A DNA stretch of 64,000 nt, taken from NCBI GenBank assembly GCA_963813435.1, contig CAWEYY010000002.1, positions 554,793 to 618,792 on the forward strand, given 5' to 3'. A program made the position numbers and the translations under genes. Below are positions 39,597 through 48,936 of this stretch, in pieces. The notes under the pieces were generated by a model, which saw only the letters and a list, made by a program, of their open reading frames with translations, did not search any database and was not told the DNA's origin. The first letter of the stretch is position 1; every line of letters starts with the position of its first letter. The DNA comes from an uncultured Actinomycetes bacterium (GTDB lineage Bacteria > Actinomycetota > Thermoleophilia > Gaiellales > Gaiellaceae).

Positions 39597-41314
39597 CGCA
39601 GCGGCACGTCCGCAGCGAGCGTCGTCCCCGCGCTCGGGCTCGACTCGATGCGCAAACGTCCTCCCAGCAGCCCCAGCCGCTCCCGCATCGCGATCAGGCC
39701 GAAGCCGTCTCCGCCCGAGCCCGGGTCGAAGCCCTGTCCGTCGTCCTCGACGACCGCGGTGACGAAGCCCTCCATGCGCGTGAGCGCGATGCTGACGTGT
39801 CTTGCGCGCGCGTGCTTGACGACGTTCGTCAGCGACTCCTGGACGATCCGGTAGAGCGCGGTCTCGATCTCGCCGGGCAGACGCTCCGCGCCGAGGGCGG
39901 CGCCGAATTGCACCTCGATCCCGGTCTGCTCGGCGAACGACGAGGTCAGGCGCTCGAGCGCGGCCACGAGCCCGAAGTCGTCGAGGGCGCTCGGGCGCAG
40001 CTCGACTGCAAGGCGGCGCACATCCTGGAGAGTCGCGACCACGAGCTCGCGCAGGCGAGCCGTCGCCTCACGCGACTCGTCGGTCTGGAGCGTCTCCTCG
40101 AGGTTCTTGAGCCCGAGCAGGATCGAGGTCAGCGCCTGGCCGGTCTCGTCGTGCAGCTCGCGCGCGAGCCTGCGGCGCTCGACCTCCTGGGCGTCGACCA
40201 CGCGTCGGAACGCGTCCCGCGCGATCCTCTCGGAGAGGTCGACGGCGACCGCGGCACGGTTGGCGAACGTCTCGGCCAGGCGGAGGTCGGTGTCGGAGAA
40301 GCGCGGCTCCTCGCCGAGCTTGTCGTGCGCCTCGATCACGCCGATCGCCTCGGTGCGCACGAGCAGCGGGACCCAGAGCCCGGTGCGCGCGCCGATCGCC
40401 CGCGTCAGTTCGGGGTTCACGTCGGGGTCGTCGAGGACGGAGTCGACCCGCTCGCTCACGCCCCGCTCGAGCACGCGGCCGCTCTTCGACGCCGAGCGCG
40501 CGACAACGCGGCCGACGATGCCCTCGCTCCCCTCACCCGCGGCCGCCGCGACTCGCAGCTCCTGCCCGCCGGCGGGCAGGAGCACCGTGACCACGCGCGC
40601 GTCCAGCAGCTCGCGCAGCCGGCGGGCGATCAGATCGAGCAGCCGGTCGAGGTCGGTCTCCGTCGCGAGCGCGTTCCCGACCTCGTTCAGCGACTCGAGC
40701 TGCTGCGACCAGCTCGTCGCCGCCTCGTACAGGCGCGCGTTCTCGATCGCGACCGCAGCCTGGCCGGCGAGCAGCGTGACGAGCTCCTCGTCCTCGGCGG
40801 TGAAGTCCTCCTCCCCGGCCTTCTCGGTCAAGTAGAAGTTCCCGTACGCTGTCCCGCGGAGCAGGATCGGAACGCCCAGAAAGGAGCGCATCGACGGGTG
40901 GTTGGCGGGGAAGCCGACCGAGCGCGGGTCCTGGGCCAGGTCGTGCAGGCGGAGCGGCTTCGCGTCCGCGATCAGCGCGCCGAGGATCCCGCGGCCGCGG
41001 GGGAGGTCGCCGATCGCCGCCTGCGTCTGCGCGTCGATCCCCGTCGTGATGAAGTGCTCGAGCTCCGAGCCGCCCTCGTCGATCACGCCGAGCGCGCCGT
41101 AGCGGGCACCGGTGAGCTCGGCGGCCTTCTCGACCAGCCGCTGCAGCAGGACGTCGAGGGAGAGCTCGGACGTGATCGCAACACCGGCCTCGACAAGGGC
41201 GCGGAGCCGTTCTTCGCTCGAGCCGACCGCCGCCACGATGGCGAGCGTACCGCCTTCGGGCGCAGGTCCTGCGGGTTTTCCGCGCTCCGTTCCGTGCCTC
41301 TTCCGATGGCACAA
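39593..41314 (-). CDS. GAF-GAF-HisKA_3-HATPase sensor kinase (DosS/DosT-like)
   Basis: 573 aa. The first GAF has LPRGRGILGALI...PLRLHDL...GFPANHPSMRSFLGVPI, much like the DosS/DosT haem-GAF region as I recall it. H-box HDETGQALT. The start is uncertain. Confidence 0.85.
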   Translation of the reverse strand: MCHRKRHGTERGKPAGPAPEGGTLAIVAAVGSSEERLRALVEAGVAITSELSLDVLLQRLVEKAAELTGARYGALGVIDEGGSELEHFITTGIDAQTQAAIGDLPRGRGILGALIADAKPLRLHDLAQDPRSVGFPANHPSMRSFLGVPILLRGTAYGNFYLTEKAGEEDFTAEDEELVTLLAGQAAVAIENARLYEAATSWSQQLESLNEVGNALATETDLDRLLDLIARRLRELLDARVVTVLLPAGGQELRVAAAAGEGSEGIVGRVVARSASKSGRVLERGVSERVDSVLDDPDVNPELTRAIGARTGLWVPLLVRTEAIGVIEAHDKLGEEPRFSDTDLRLAETFANRAAVAVDLSERIARDAFRRVVDAQEVERRRLARELHDETGQALTSILLGLKNLEETLQTDESREATARLRELVVATLQDVRRLAVELRPSALDDFGLVAALERLTSSFAEQTGIEVQFGAALGAERLPGEIETALYRIVQESLTNVVKHARARHVSIALTRMEGFVTAVVEDDGQGFDPGSGGDGFGLIAMRERLGLLGGRLRIESSPSAGTTLAADVPLR

Positions 41315-41343
41315 GCGACGCGCAGGGCGCAGACTTCGGCTCG

Positions 41344-43998
41344 ATGAGCGTTTTCACGCATTCGGTCGGCGCGGTCGACGTGATCCTTCGGGACGGCGCG
41401 ACGCTGCGGCTGCGTGGGCCGACGGCCGACGACCTCGACGCGCTCGAGGCGTTCTTCACCGGGCTCTCAGACCGGAGCTTCTACCTGCGCTTTCACGGCG
41501 CGCGCACGGTCGACCGGGCGCTCGTCGAGCACTTCGCCGACCCGGACTGGCGCGATCGTGGCGTCCTCGTCGGCGTCCTCGCGGACGAGATCGTCGCCGT
41601 GGCGGAGTTCATGCGGCTGCGCGACGAGCGGAGCGCCGAGGTGGCGTTCGCGGTCGCGGACGAGCATCAGGGGCGCGGGGTCGGCACCCGGCTCCTGGAG
41701 CAGCTCGCCCTGCGAGCCTCTTCGGCCGGGATCGAGCGCTTCGTCGCCCAGGTGCTGCCCGAGAACTCCGCGATGCTCGCGGTCTTCAGGGACGCGGGCT
41801 TCGACACCGCACGCGAGCTCGACCGCGGCGAGATCGAGGTCGCGTTTCCGATCGCCGTGACGGAGACGTTCCGGGCGCGCGTGGACGAGCGCGATCACCG
41901 CGCCGTGACCGCCTCGCTGCGGCCGTTCTTCGAGCCGCGCTCGCTGGCGGTCGTCGGCGCGTCGCACCGGCGAGGGTCGATCGGTGGAGAGCTGTTTCGC
42001 AATGTCCTGGCCGCCGACTTCGAGGGCGCGGCCTATCCGGTCAACCGCGACGGCGAGCCCGTCGGCGGCGTCCGTGGCTTCCGATCGCTCGAGGAGCTGC
42101 CCGAGGTCGTCGATCTCGTCGTGATCTGCCTCCCAGGACAGCACGTCCTCGGAGCGGCCGAGGAGGCGCTCGCGCTCGGGATCAAGGCGCTGTGCGTGAT
42201 CTCGTCAGGCTTCGCCGAGATCGGCGCGGAGGGCGCCGAGCGGCAGGCTCGACTCCTGGAGCTCGTCCGCGCGCACGGTGGACGGCTGGTCGGCCCGAAC
42301 TGCCTCGGGATCGCGATCCCGCCGCTCGGGCTGAACGCCACCTTCGGCCCGAGGCCGCTCCCGCCGGGGCCGATCGCGTTCTCCTCCCAGAGCGGCGCGC
42401 TCGGCCTGGCGCTGCTAGAGAAGGCGTCCGAGCGCCGCCTCGGCTTCTCGGCGTTCGTCTCGATCGGGAACAAGGCCGACGTCTCCTCGAACGACCTGCT
42501 CGAGTGGTGGGAGGACGATCCCGCCAGCGAGGTCGTGCTGCTCTACCTCGAGTCGTTCGGCAACCCGGGCAAGTTCAGCCGCCTCGCGCGGCGCGTGGCG
42601 CGGCGCAAGCCGATCCTCGCGCTCAAGGCGGGGACAACCGGCGCCGGCGCGAAGGCCGCGAGCTCGCACACAGCCGCGCTCGCGAGCTCGGACGCCGCGG
42701 TCGACGCGCTCTTCCACCAGGCGGGCGTGCTCCGCGCGCGCACTCTCGAGGAGCTCGTCGATGCCGCGGCGCTGCTCTCGCGCCAGCCGCTCCCGCGTGG
42801 GAGCCGCGTCGGCGTGATGACCAACGCGGGCGGGCTGGGGATCCTCTGCGCCGACGCCTGCGAGTCGGCCGGTCTCGAGCTCCCGGAGCCGGCCGAGGAG
42901 ACTCGGGCCGCGCTGGCCGAGCTGCTCCCGGCCGAGGCGAGCGTCGCGAACCCCGTGGACATGCTCGGCGGGTCGACGGCAGAGACCTACGCGAAGGTAA
43001 TCCCGCCGCTCCTGGCCGACAGGCGGCTCGATGCGCTGATCGTGCTCTTCGTCCCGCCCGTCGTCGCGGGCGCGGACGAGGTGGCGGTCGCGATCAGGGA
43101 CGCCGTCAGCGCGTCGGGCTCGAGCAAGCCCGTTCTCGCCGTCGTGATGAGCGCGGAGGGAACGCCAAGCGTCCTGCTCGAAGACGACTGCCCGGTCGCG
43201 AGCTTCGAGTACCCGGAGTCGGCAGCCCGCGCGCTCGGCCTCGCGGCGTCGCGCTCGGAGTGGCTCAGGCAGCCGGCCGGGGTGGTTCCGGAGCTCGAGG
43301 GCGTCGACCGGGCGGGCGGGCGGCGCATCGTCGAGGAGGCGCTCGCCTCTGCCGAGGGTTGGCTCGAGCCGGACGTGATCCGGGCGCTGCTGGAGGACTA
43401 CGGCGTCCCGCTCGTACCCGAGCGCGTGGCGACGAGCGCAGACGAGGCCGCAAGCGCGGCGAATGAGCTCGGCTACCCGGTCGTCGTCAAGACAGCGGAG
43501 GCCGGCGCGCACAAGACCGAGAAGGGCGGGGTCGCGCTCGATCTCCGGAACGAGGAGCAGCTGCGCGCGGCCGTCGAGCGAATCGGCGCGCCGGTGCTCG
43601 TCCAGCCCTACGTCAGCGGCGGCGCGGAGCTGCTCGCGGGCGCCGTCCAGGACCCGGTCTTCGGGCCGCTCGTCGCCTTCGGCCCCGGAGGCGTGCTCGC
43701 GGAGCTGATCGGCGACGCGAGTTTCCGGCTCGCGCCGCTCACGAACGTCGACGCACGGGAGCTCGTGCTCGGCGGAAAGGCGGGCCGGCTCGTTCGCGGC
43801 TTCCGCGGCGCCCCGGCCGCCGACGCCGATGCTCTCGTCGATCTCGTCCACCGCCTCTCAGCGCTCGCGGAGGATCTCCCCGAGGTCGCCGAGCTCGACC
43901 TCAACCCCGTGCTCGCGCTCCCCGACCGCTGCGTGGTCGTCGACGCTCGCATCCGCGTGGGCGCAGCGGAGCCGAAGCGCTCCGCCAAGACGTGGTGA
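41344..43998 (+). CDS. GNAT acetyltransferase fused to an NDP-forming acyl-CoA synthetase-like module (PatA-type protein acetyltransferase)
   Basis: 884 aa. N-terminal GNAT (QGRGVGTRLLE), then CoA-binding, ligase-CoA and ATP-grasp-like regions. Confidence 0.8.
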   Translation: MSVFTHSVGAVDVILRDGATLRLRGPTADDLDALEAFFTGLSDRSFYLRFHGARTVDRALVEHFADPDWRDRGVLVGVLADEIVAVAEFMRLRDERSAEVAFAVADEHQGRGVGTRLLEQLALRASSAGIERFVAQVLPENSAMLAVFRDAGFDTARELDRGEIEVAFPIAVTETFRARVDERDHRAVTASLRPFFEPRSLAVVGASHRRGSIGGELFRNVLAADFEGAAYPVNRDGEPVGGVRGFRSLEELPEVVDLVVICLPGQHVLGAAEEALALGIKALCVISSGFAEIGAEGAERQARLLELVRAHGGRLVGPNCLGIAIPPLGLNATFGPRPLPPGPIAFSSQSGALGLALLEKASERRLGFSAFVSIGNKADVSSNDLLEWWEDDPASEVVLLYLESFGNPGKFSRLARRVARRKPILALKAGTTGAGAKAASSHTAALASSDAAVDALFHQAGVLRARTLEELVDAAALLSRQPLPRGSRVGVMTNAGGLGILCADACESAGLELPEPAEETRAALAELLPAEASVANPVDMLGGSTAETYAKVIPPLLADRRLDALIVLFVPPVVAGADEVAVAIRDAVSASGSSKPVLAVVMSAEGTPSVLLEDDCPVASFEYPESAARALGLAASRSEWLRQPAGVVPELEGVDRAGGRRIVEEALASAEGWLEPDVIRALLEDYGVPLVPERVATSADEAASAANELGYPVVVKTAEAGAHKTEKGGVALDLRNEEQLRAAVERIGAPVLVQPYVSGGAELLAGAVQDPVFGPLVAFGPGGVLAELIGDASFRLAPLTNVDARELVLGGKAGRLVRGFRGAPAADADALVDLVHRLSALAEDLPEVAELDLNPVLALPDRCVVVDARIRVGAAEPKRSAKTW

Positions 43999-44082
43999 GC
44001 CGCCGCGGGCGAGACGTCAAGATCCTGTAAGGATTCGGGCGCGGCCCACAACCTTTCGAGCGGCTCGGCGTTCTACGCACTA

Positions 44083-44298
44083 ATGGAAGCGAGTCACGCA
44101 CTCTCGGAATGGCCCGTCCTCGAAGGCGACGATCCGGACGACAAGGTCTACCTGTGGCGTCTAGAGCAGTTCCGCCAGCTCGGGTTCAGCGCCAGGCGGG
44201 CCGCCGAGCTCGCGTTCTCCCGCGCGGATCTCGGGCAGGCGCGTTATCTGCTCGGGTCGGGCTGTGCGCTGGAGCTCGCTCTCCGGATTCTGCGCTAG
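44083..44298 (+). CDS. small hypothetical protein
   Basis: 71 aa with plausible composition but no clear Shine-Dalgarno. Confidence 0.3.
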   Translation: MEASHALSEWPVLEGDDPDDKVYLWRLEQFRQLGFSARRAAELAFSRADLGQARYLLGSGCALELALRILR

Positions 44299-44324
44299 CC
44301 GTCCCAGCGCCTCGTAGCGCTGGC

Positions 44325-44696
44325 ATGCTGTCCGGCGTGAACGACGAGCCCGTCGATCCGGCCGCGCTTCCCGTGGCCCACGCGTTCGACGTCGCAGGCG
44401 TCCAGGAGCGGCTCGCCGCCGGGAACGGCGGCTACGAGATCGTGCACCGGTCGCCGAGCGTCGAGCTCGGTGTCTACGTGCTCGTCGCGCCCGAGCCCGA
44501 CCGGCAGCAGCCGCACGAGGACGACGAGGTCTACGTCGTGCTCGAGGGCTCAGGCGTGCTCGAGGTCGAGGACGAGCGAGTCGAGTTGCGCGAAGGGCAC
44601 GCGGTCTTCGTCCCGGCCGGCGCCGAGCACCGCTTCGTCGGCTACGAGCGTTTGAGCGTGCTGGTCATCTTCGAGCGCCGGCCCAGCTCAAGCTAG
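44325..44696 (+). CDS. cupin-domain protein
   Basis: 123 aa from MLSGVND. Pattern HEDDEVYVVLEG...GHAVFVPAGAEHRF. Confidence 0.7.
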   Translation: MLSGVNDEPVDPAALPVAHAFDVAGVQERLAAGNGGYEIVHRSPSVELGVYVLVAPEPDRQQPHEDDEVYVVLEGSGVLEVEDERVELREGHAVFVPAGAEHRFVGYERLSVLVIFERRPSSS

Positions 44697-45352
44697 AAGA
44701 TGTCGCCGCCGTCGCTGTCGCCCGGGCCGGGCGTCGGCAGGTACGACAGCTCCGCGACCTCTTCGATACGCGTCCACGAGTAGACGTCCTCCGCAACCCG
44801 CGGCGGCCCCGCGATGTGCTCTCGCCAGCTGATCGCCGTCCGCAGGAAGTCGGGCTCCGAGAGGAGCGCGAGGGTGTCCGCGCCTGCAGCCGAGTCGAAC
44901 ACGAAGACCGCCTCTTCCCGGGAGAGGAACACCTCGTGCCGGTCGAGGCCCGGAATCTCCTCCGGATCGAACGGCGGGCCTCCCGCGAGCAGGTCGCGCA
45001 CCGCGTCGTACGCCTTGGGCTTGAGCGGCACCACCACCGCCAGGCGGCGCGGGGGCGCCGCGTCCAGCTGCATGGCGGTCAACCGCTCCGCGATCTCTCC
45101 GACGAGGCTCGGCTGGGCCACGGTCGCGATCGTAACGGGATCGCCGTGCGCTCTGACGAGGACGACCGAGGGGCGCCCGTCGATTCGCTCGCCCGCCGTC
45201 CGGCCGACGCGGACCGCCGCGAGACCCTCGTATGCGATCTCCTGCGAGCCGTCGAGCCCGTCGAGTCGCACCCCGCGGGGGAGCAGCTCGAGTTTCCCGG
45301 CCGAAAGCGGCCCCGAACCCTCGCGCCAGACGACTCCGTAGCTTCGCTGCAT
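44693..45352 (-). CDS. hypothetical protein
   Basis: Only the last 219 aa of track ORF 44693-46798 are accepted (from MQRSYGVVW). The upstream part is a shadow frame over other genes. Confidence 0.5.
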   Translation of the reverse strand: MQRSYGVVWREGSGPLSAGKLELLPRGVRLDGLDGSQEIAYEGLAAVRVGRTAGERIDGRPSVVLVRAHGDPVTIATVAQPSLVGEIAERLTAMQLDAAPPRRLAVVVPLKPKAYDAVRDLLAGGPPFDPEEIPGLDRHEVFLSREEAVFVFDSAAGADTLALLSEPDFLRTAISWREHIAGPPRVAEDVYSWTRIEEVAELSYLPTPGPGDSDGGDIF

Positions 45353-45509
45353 GGACGCATGGTCTGGCCCAGCCGCGCCGCGAGCATCCGTCCGCCCACT
45401 GATCCCCTTTGCGGAAAGCCCGCAGGCGGATCCGTCCGCGCCCGGATGCCCTCGCCCCCTCCCTCGGCGAGGCTCGACACGTAATGAGGAACCGAGGAAA
45501 GGATCAACG

Positions 45510-45974
45510 ATGAGCATCGTCAAGTCACACCGGTTCCCTGTGACCGCCAGCCTGCGGGAAGGCCGTCTCACCGACGTGACCGCCGCCGGCAAGCCCGATC
45601 TCGAGGTGGCCACGCCGCCCGGGTTCAAGGGCGGGATCGAGGGTGTCTGGAGCCCGGAGGAGCTGCTGGTCGGCTCGCTCGCGTCGTGCTTCGCGGTGAC
45701 GTTCGTGGCGATCGCCGAGCGCGTTCCCGTCACGTTCGACGTCCTCCGCGTCGAAGGCGTCGGGCACGTCGAGCGGCGGGCGGACGGCCGTGTCGGCTTC
45801 GTCTCGATCGAGATCGACGTCCACGCGGAGGTGCCCGCCAGGCAGGTCCACGACGCCGAGGTGGCGTCGCACCGTGCGAAGGAGCTGTGCATCGTGACCC
45901 TCGCGCTCGACGTCCCGGTGCAGATCGAGATGGAGATCGTGCCCTCGCCGACGCCGGCGGTGGCGGTGGCCTGA
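45510..45974 (+). CDS. OsmC/Ohr-family peroxiredoxin-like protein
   Basis: 154 aa from MSIVKSH, with a GGAAAGGA Shine-Dalgarno. Pattern SPEELLVGSLASCF...ELCIVTLAL. Confidence 0.75.
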   Translation: MSIVKSHRFPVTASLREGRLTDVTAAGKPDLEVATPPGFKGGIEGVWSPEELLVGSLASCFAVTFVAIAERVPVTFDVLRVEGVGHVERRADGRVGFVSIEIDVHAEVPARQVHDAEVASHRAKELCIVTLALDVPVQIEMEIVPSPTPAVAVA

Positions 45975-45975
45975 G

Positions 45976-47484
45976 CTAGCTGCGGATCAGGTCGGCCGCC
46001 TTCTCGGCGACCATCACCGTCGGCCAGTTCGTGTGACCCCGCGGGATGCGGGGGATCACCGAGGCATCGACGACCCTGAGCCCCTCGAGGCCCCGAACGC
46101 GCAGCTCCGGGTCGACGACCGCGCCCTCGTCCGTGCCCATGCGGCACGTCCCGACCGGGTGGTACAGCGTCTGCGCCCGTCCCCGCACCTGTGCGGCGAG
46201 CTCGTCGTCGCTCCGGGCGACGGGCCCCGGGGCGAGCTCCTCGCGGACGTACCGGCTCAGCGGGCTCGCGGCGACGATCTCCCTCGCAAGCCTCGTTCCG
46301 TCGACGAGGACGCGGAGATCCTCGGGCCCTGAGAGATACGCCGGGTCGATCAGCGGCGGCTCGAGCGGATCCCCCGAGCGCAGGGTCACGCGGCCCGCGC
46401 TCTCCGGCTGGAGCGCGATGGCCGCGACCGTGAAGCCGTCCTCCTGCGGCGGCGTCAGCCCTTCGTCGGTGAACAGCACCGGCGCGAACAGCAGCTCGAG
46501 ATCGGGCGCAGCGAGGTCGGGCCGCGTCCGGACGAGCCCCACGGCCTCGGCGACGTTGGAGGTCAACGGCCCTCGGCCGAAGAGCAGGAAGCGGACGAGG
46601 TTCAACGCCGACTCGGCCGAGTAGAGCGTCCTCGCGCCGGTCGATGCGACGAGCAGGCCTGCGGCGAGGTGGTCCTGGAGATTCCGGCCGACGCCGGGGA
46701 GGTCGTGCACCAGCTCGACGCCAACGGCCGAGAGCTCGTCGGCCGGGCCGATCCCCGAGACCAGCATCAGGTGCGGCGAGTTGACCGCCCCGGCGCACAG
46801 AATCACCTCGCTGGTCGCGCGCACCTCCTCCTGCAGGAGCTCGACACCCCGCGCGCGGCCGGACTCGACGACGATCCGTGCCGCGTGCGTGCCGGGCATG
46901 ACGGTCAGGTTCGACCGGGCGAGAGCCGGCCGCAGGTAGCCGTCGGCAACGCTCCAGCGACGGCCTCTGCGCTGGTTCACGGGGCTGAGCGCGAAGCCCT
47001 CGGGCGCGGCCGCGTTCAGGTCGTCGGCTCGGGGCAGCCCCGCCTCGGACGCGGCCGCGAGGAATGCCTCGGTGAGCGAACTCGGATCACGAAGACCCGT
47101 GATCGCGAACGGCCCGGCCGAGCTTCGCTCGAAGAACGGAAGCACGTCGTCCCAGCCCCACCCCGGCCCCCAGCCGTCGTAGTCGGCGCGCCCGCCGCGC
47201 ACCGCGATCTGGGCGTTGATCGACGACGACCCACCGATGACCTTCCCGCGCGGGAAGTAGACGCTCCGGCCGCCGAGGCCGGGCTGCGGCTCGGTCCGGT
47301 AGCCCCAGTCGATCTCGCTCCCGTACAGCCGAGAGAAGGCCGCGGGAACGCGGATCTCGCGCTTCCGGTCCTCACCGCCCGCTTCGAGCAGGAGCACGCT
47401 GACGGAGGGATCCTCGGTCAGCAGGCTCGCGAGCACGCACCCGGCCGAGCCGGCCCCGACGACGACGTAGTCGAACTCGCGCAT
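45976..47484 (-). CDS. GMC-family FAD oxidoreductase
   Basis: 502 aa. N-terminus DYVVVGAGSAGCVLA and C-terminal GMC signatures including HPVGTCRMG. Confidence 0.9.
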   Translation of the reverse strand: MREFDYVVVGAGSAGCVLASLLTEDPSVSVLLLEAGGEDRKREIRVPAAFSRLYGSEIDWGYRTEPQPGLGGRSVYFPRGKVIGGSSSINAQIAVRGGRADYDGWGPGWGWDDVLPFFERSSAGPFAITGLRDPSSLTEAFLAAASEAGLPRADDLNAAAPEGFALSPVNQRRGRRWSVADGYLRPALARSNLTVMPGTHAARIVVESGRARGVELLQEEVRATSEVILCAGAVNSPHLMLVSGIGPADELSAVGVELVHDLPGVGRNLQDHLAAGLLVASTGARTLYSAESALNLVRFLLFGRGPLTSNVAEAVGLVRTRPDLAAPDLELLFAPVLFTDEGLTPPQEDGFTVAAIALQPESAGRVTLRSGDPLEPPLIDPAYLSGPEDLRVLVDGTRLAREIVAASPLSRYVREELAPGPVARSDDELAAQVRGRAQTLYHPVGTCRMGTDEGAVVDPELRVRGLEGLRVVDASVIPRIPRGHTNWPTVMVAEKAADLIRS

Positions 47485-47557
47485 CGGCCCAGACTGACAG
47501 TCGCTATCGATCGGCGTAGACTCGTCGCGCCGCCAACGCCTTCGTGAGGAGGTCCCT

Positions 47558-47917
47558 ATGTCCGAAGGTTCCGCCAGCTCGGCGCCACACGCGCCGTTCC
47601 CGCCCTATCCGCCGTTTCCCCCGTATCCGCCGTACCCGCCATTCGTCATCCAGACTTGCTGCTGCTCGTGCCACGGAGGGCACGGAGGCAATCCCAACAT
47701 CCCGGTTCAGATCGGTCCTGACCCCGGCTCGGGAGTGCCGGGCGCGACCTGGCCCGGCGGAACACCCGGAGGCGCGCAGCCGGGCACACGCCCCGGTGCC
47801 ACGGGCCCGTCGTTCAACCCGTTCGACCCGGTCGGCTCGGTGCTGGGCATGCTCGGGATTCCCCATCCGACCGACCCCGTCACGAGCACGCTCGGCAAGT
47901 TCTTCGGGTTGGGCTAG
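47558..47917 (+). CDS. Pro/Gly-rich small protein with (P-aromatic-P) repeats and a CCCSCHGGHGG cluster
   Basis: 119 aa. Strong GAGGAGG Shine-Dalgarno 6 nt upstream. No signal peptide. Confidence 0.5.
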   Translation: MSEGSASSAPHAPFPPYPPFPPYPPYPPFVIQTCCCSCHGGHGGNPNIPVQIGPDPGSGVPGATWPGGTPGGAQPGTRPGATGPSFNPFDPVGSVLGMLGIPHPTDPVTSTLGKFFGLG

Positions 47918-47919
47918 CG

Positions 47920-48159
47920 ATGGCCGAAGAGTCCGTCTTCAAGGATCTGGGCCCGGCGCAGCTCCTCTACCTGAAGTCGCAATACGTGACGTCGCTCGAC
48001 ATGCTCGACCAGGCGGAGAAGACGCTGAAGGCGCAGCTGGGCGACGTGACAAAGGCACGGAGCGAGGTCGAGAAGCAGATGCGCGACCTGGACAAGCACC
48101 TGAGCCCTCCAGCCGCCCGACCGCGCAAAACAGCCGGGACAACCAGGAAGAAGGGCTAA
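47920..48159 (+). CDS. small coiled-coil protein with a basic tail
   Basis: 79 aa. Its ATG lies 2 nt after the upstream stop. Confidence 0.45.
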   Translation: MAEESVFKDLGPAQLLYLKSQYVTSLDMLDQAEKTLKAQLGDVTKARSEVEKQMRDLDKHLSPPAARPRKTAGTTRKKG

Positions 48160-48180
48160 GCGAGGCGATACGGTGGGCGC

Positions 48181-48894
48181 GTGCGACTGACGCTCGTGCG
48201 CCACGCGACACTGCTGGTCGACATCGACGGTCACCGCATGCTCGTTGACCCGATGCTTGACGACGCGGGCACGAGCCCGCCGATCGAGGACACGCCGAAC
48301 CAGGTGCCGAACCCGCTCGTGCCCCTGCCCGTGCCGGCCGAGGAGGTCGTCCGCAACCTCAACGCAGTCATCGTCACGCACCTGCACGAGGACCACTTCG
48401 ACGAGACGGCCGCGAGGCTGCTGCCGAGAGACGTCCCCGTCTTCTGCCAGCCCGAGGACGAGGCCTCGCTCGCCGGGCACGGCCTGCTGGTGCGGCCTGT
48501 CGCGACGGCCGTCCACTGGGACGGCCTCTCGATCGCGCGCACCGGCGGGCAGCACGGAACAGGCGAGATCGCCAGTGAGCTCGCCCCGGTGAGCGGCTTC
48601 GTGATCGGCGACCTCTACATCGCCGGCGACACGATCTGGTGCAAGGAGGTCGAGGAGGCACTCGCCGACCACAGCCCCCGCGTGGGAGTCGTCAACGGCA
48701 GCGGAGCGCGCTTCCTCGAAGGCGATCCGATCGTGATGACGACCGACGACATCCGCGAGGTCGTCGCGCGCGTCCCGAAGGTCGTGGTCGTCCACCTCGA
48801 GGCGATTAACCACTGCCTCGACTCGCGCGCGGACGTTCGCACCGCGGTCCCCGAGGCGCTCGTGCCCGAGGACGGCGAGACGCTCGACCTCTGA
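48181..48894 (+). CDS. MBL-fold metallo-hydrolase
   Basis: 237 aa. VIVTHLHEDHFD motif. Confidence 0.75.
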   Translation: MRLTLVRHATLLVDIDGHRMLVDPMLDDAGTSPPIEDTPNQVPNPLVPLPVPAEEVVRNLNAVIVTHLHEDHFDETAARLLPRDVPVFCQPEDEASLAGHGLLVRPVATAVHWDGLSIARTGGQHGTGEIASELAPVSGFVIGDLYIAGDTIWCKEVEEALADHSPRVGVVNGSGARFLEGDPIVMTTDDIREVVARVPKVVVVHLEAINHCLDSRADVRTAVPEALVPEDGETLDL

Positions 48895-48936
48895 GGCGAC
48901 GGTGATTTCGCGCGTGTGCTGCGTTAGGGTTGCCGC

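Noticed and set aside
44693-46798. A 701-aa track ORF on the minus strand.
   Set aside because: Its N-terminal ~480 aa are a shadow frame across the OsmC-like and GMC oxidoreductase genes, with R/G/A/P-rich composition. Only the last 219 aa, from an internal ATG, look like a real protein.
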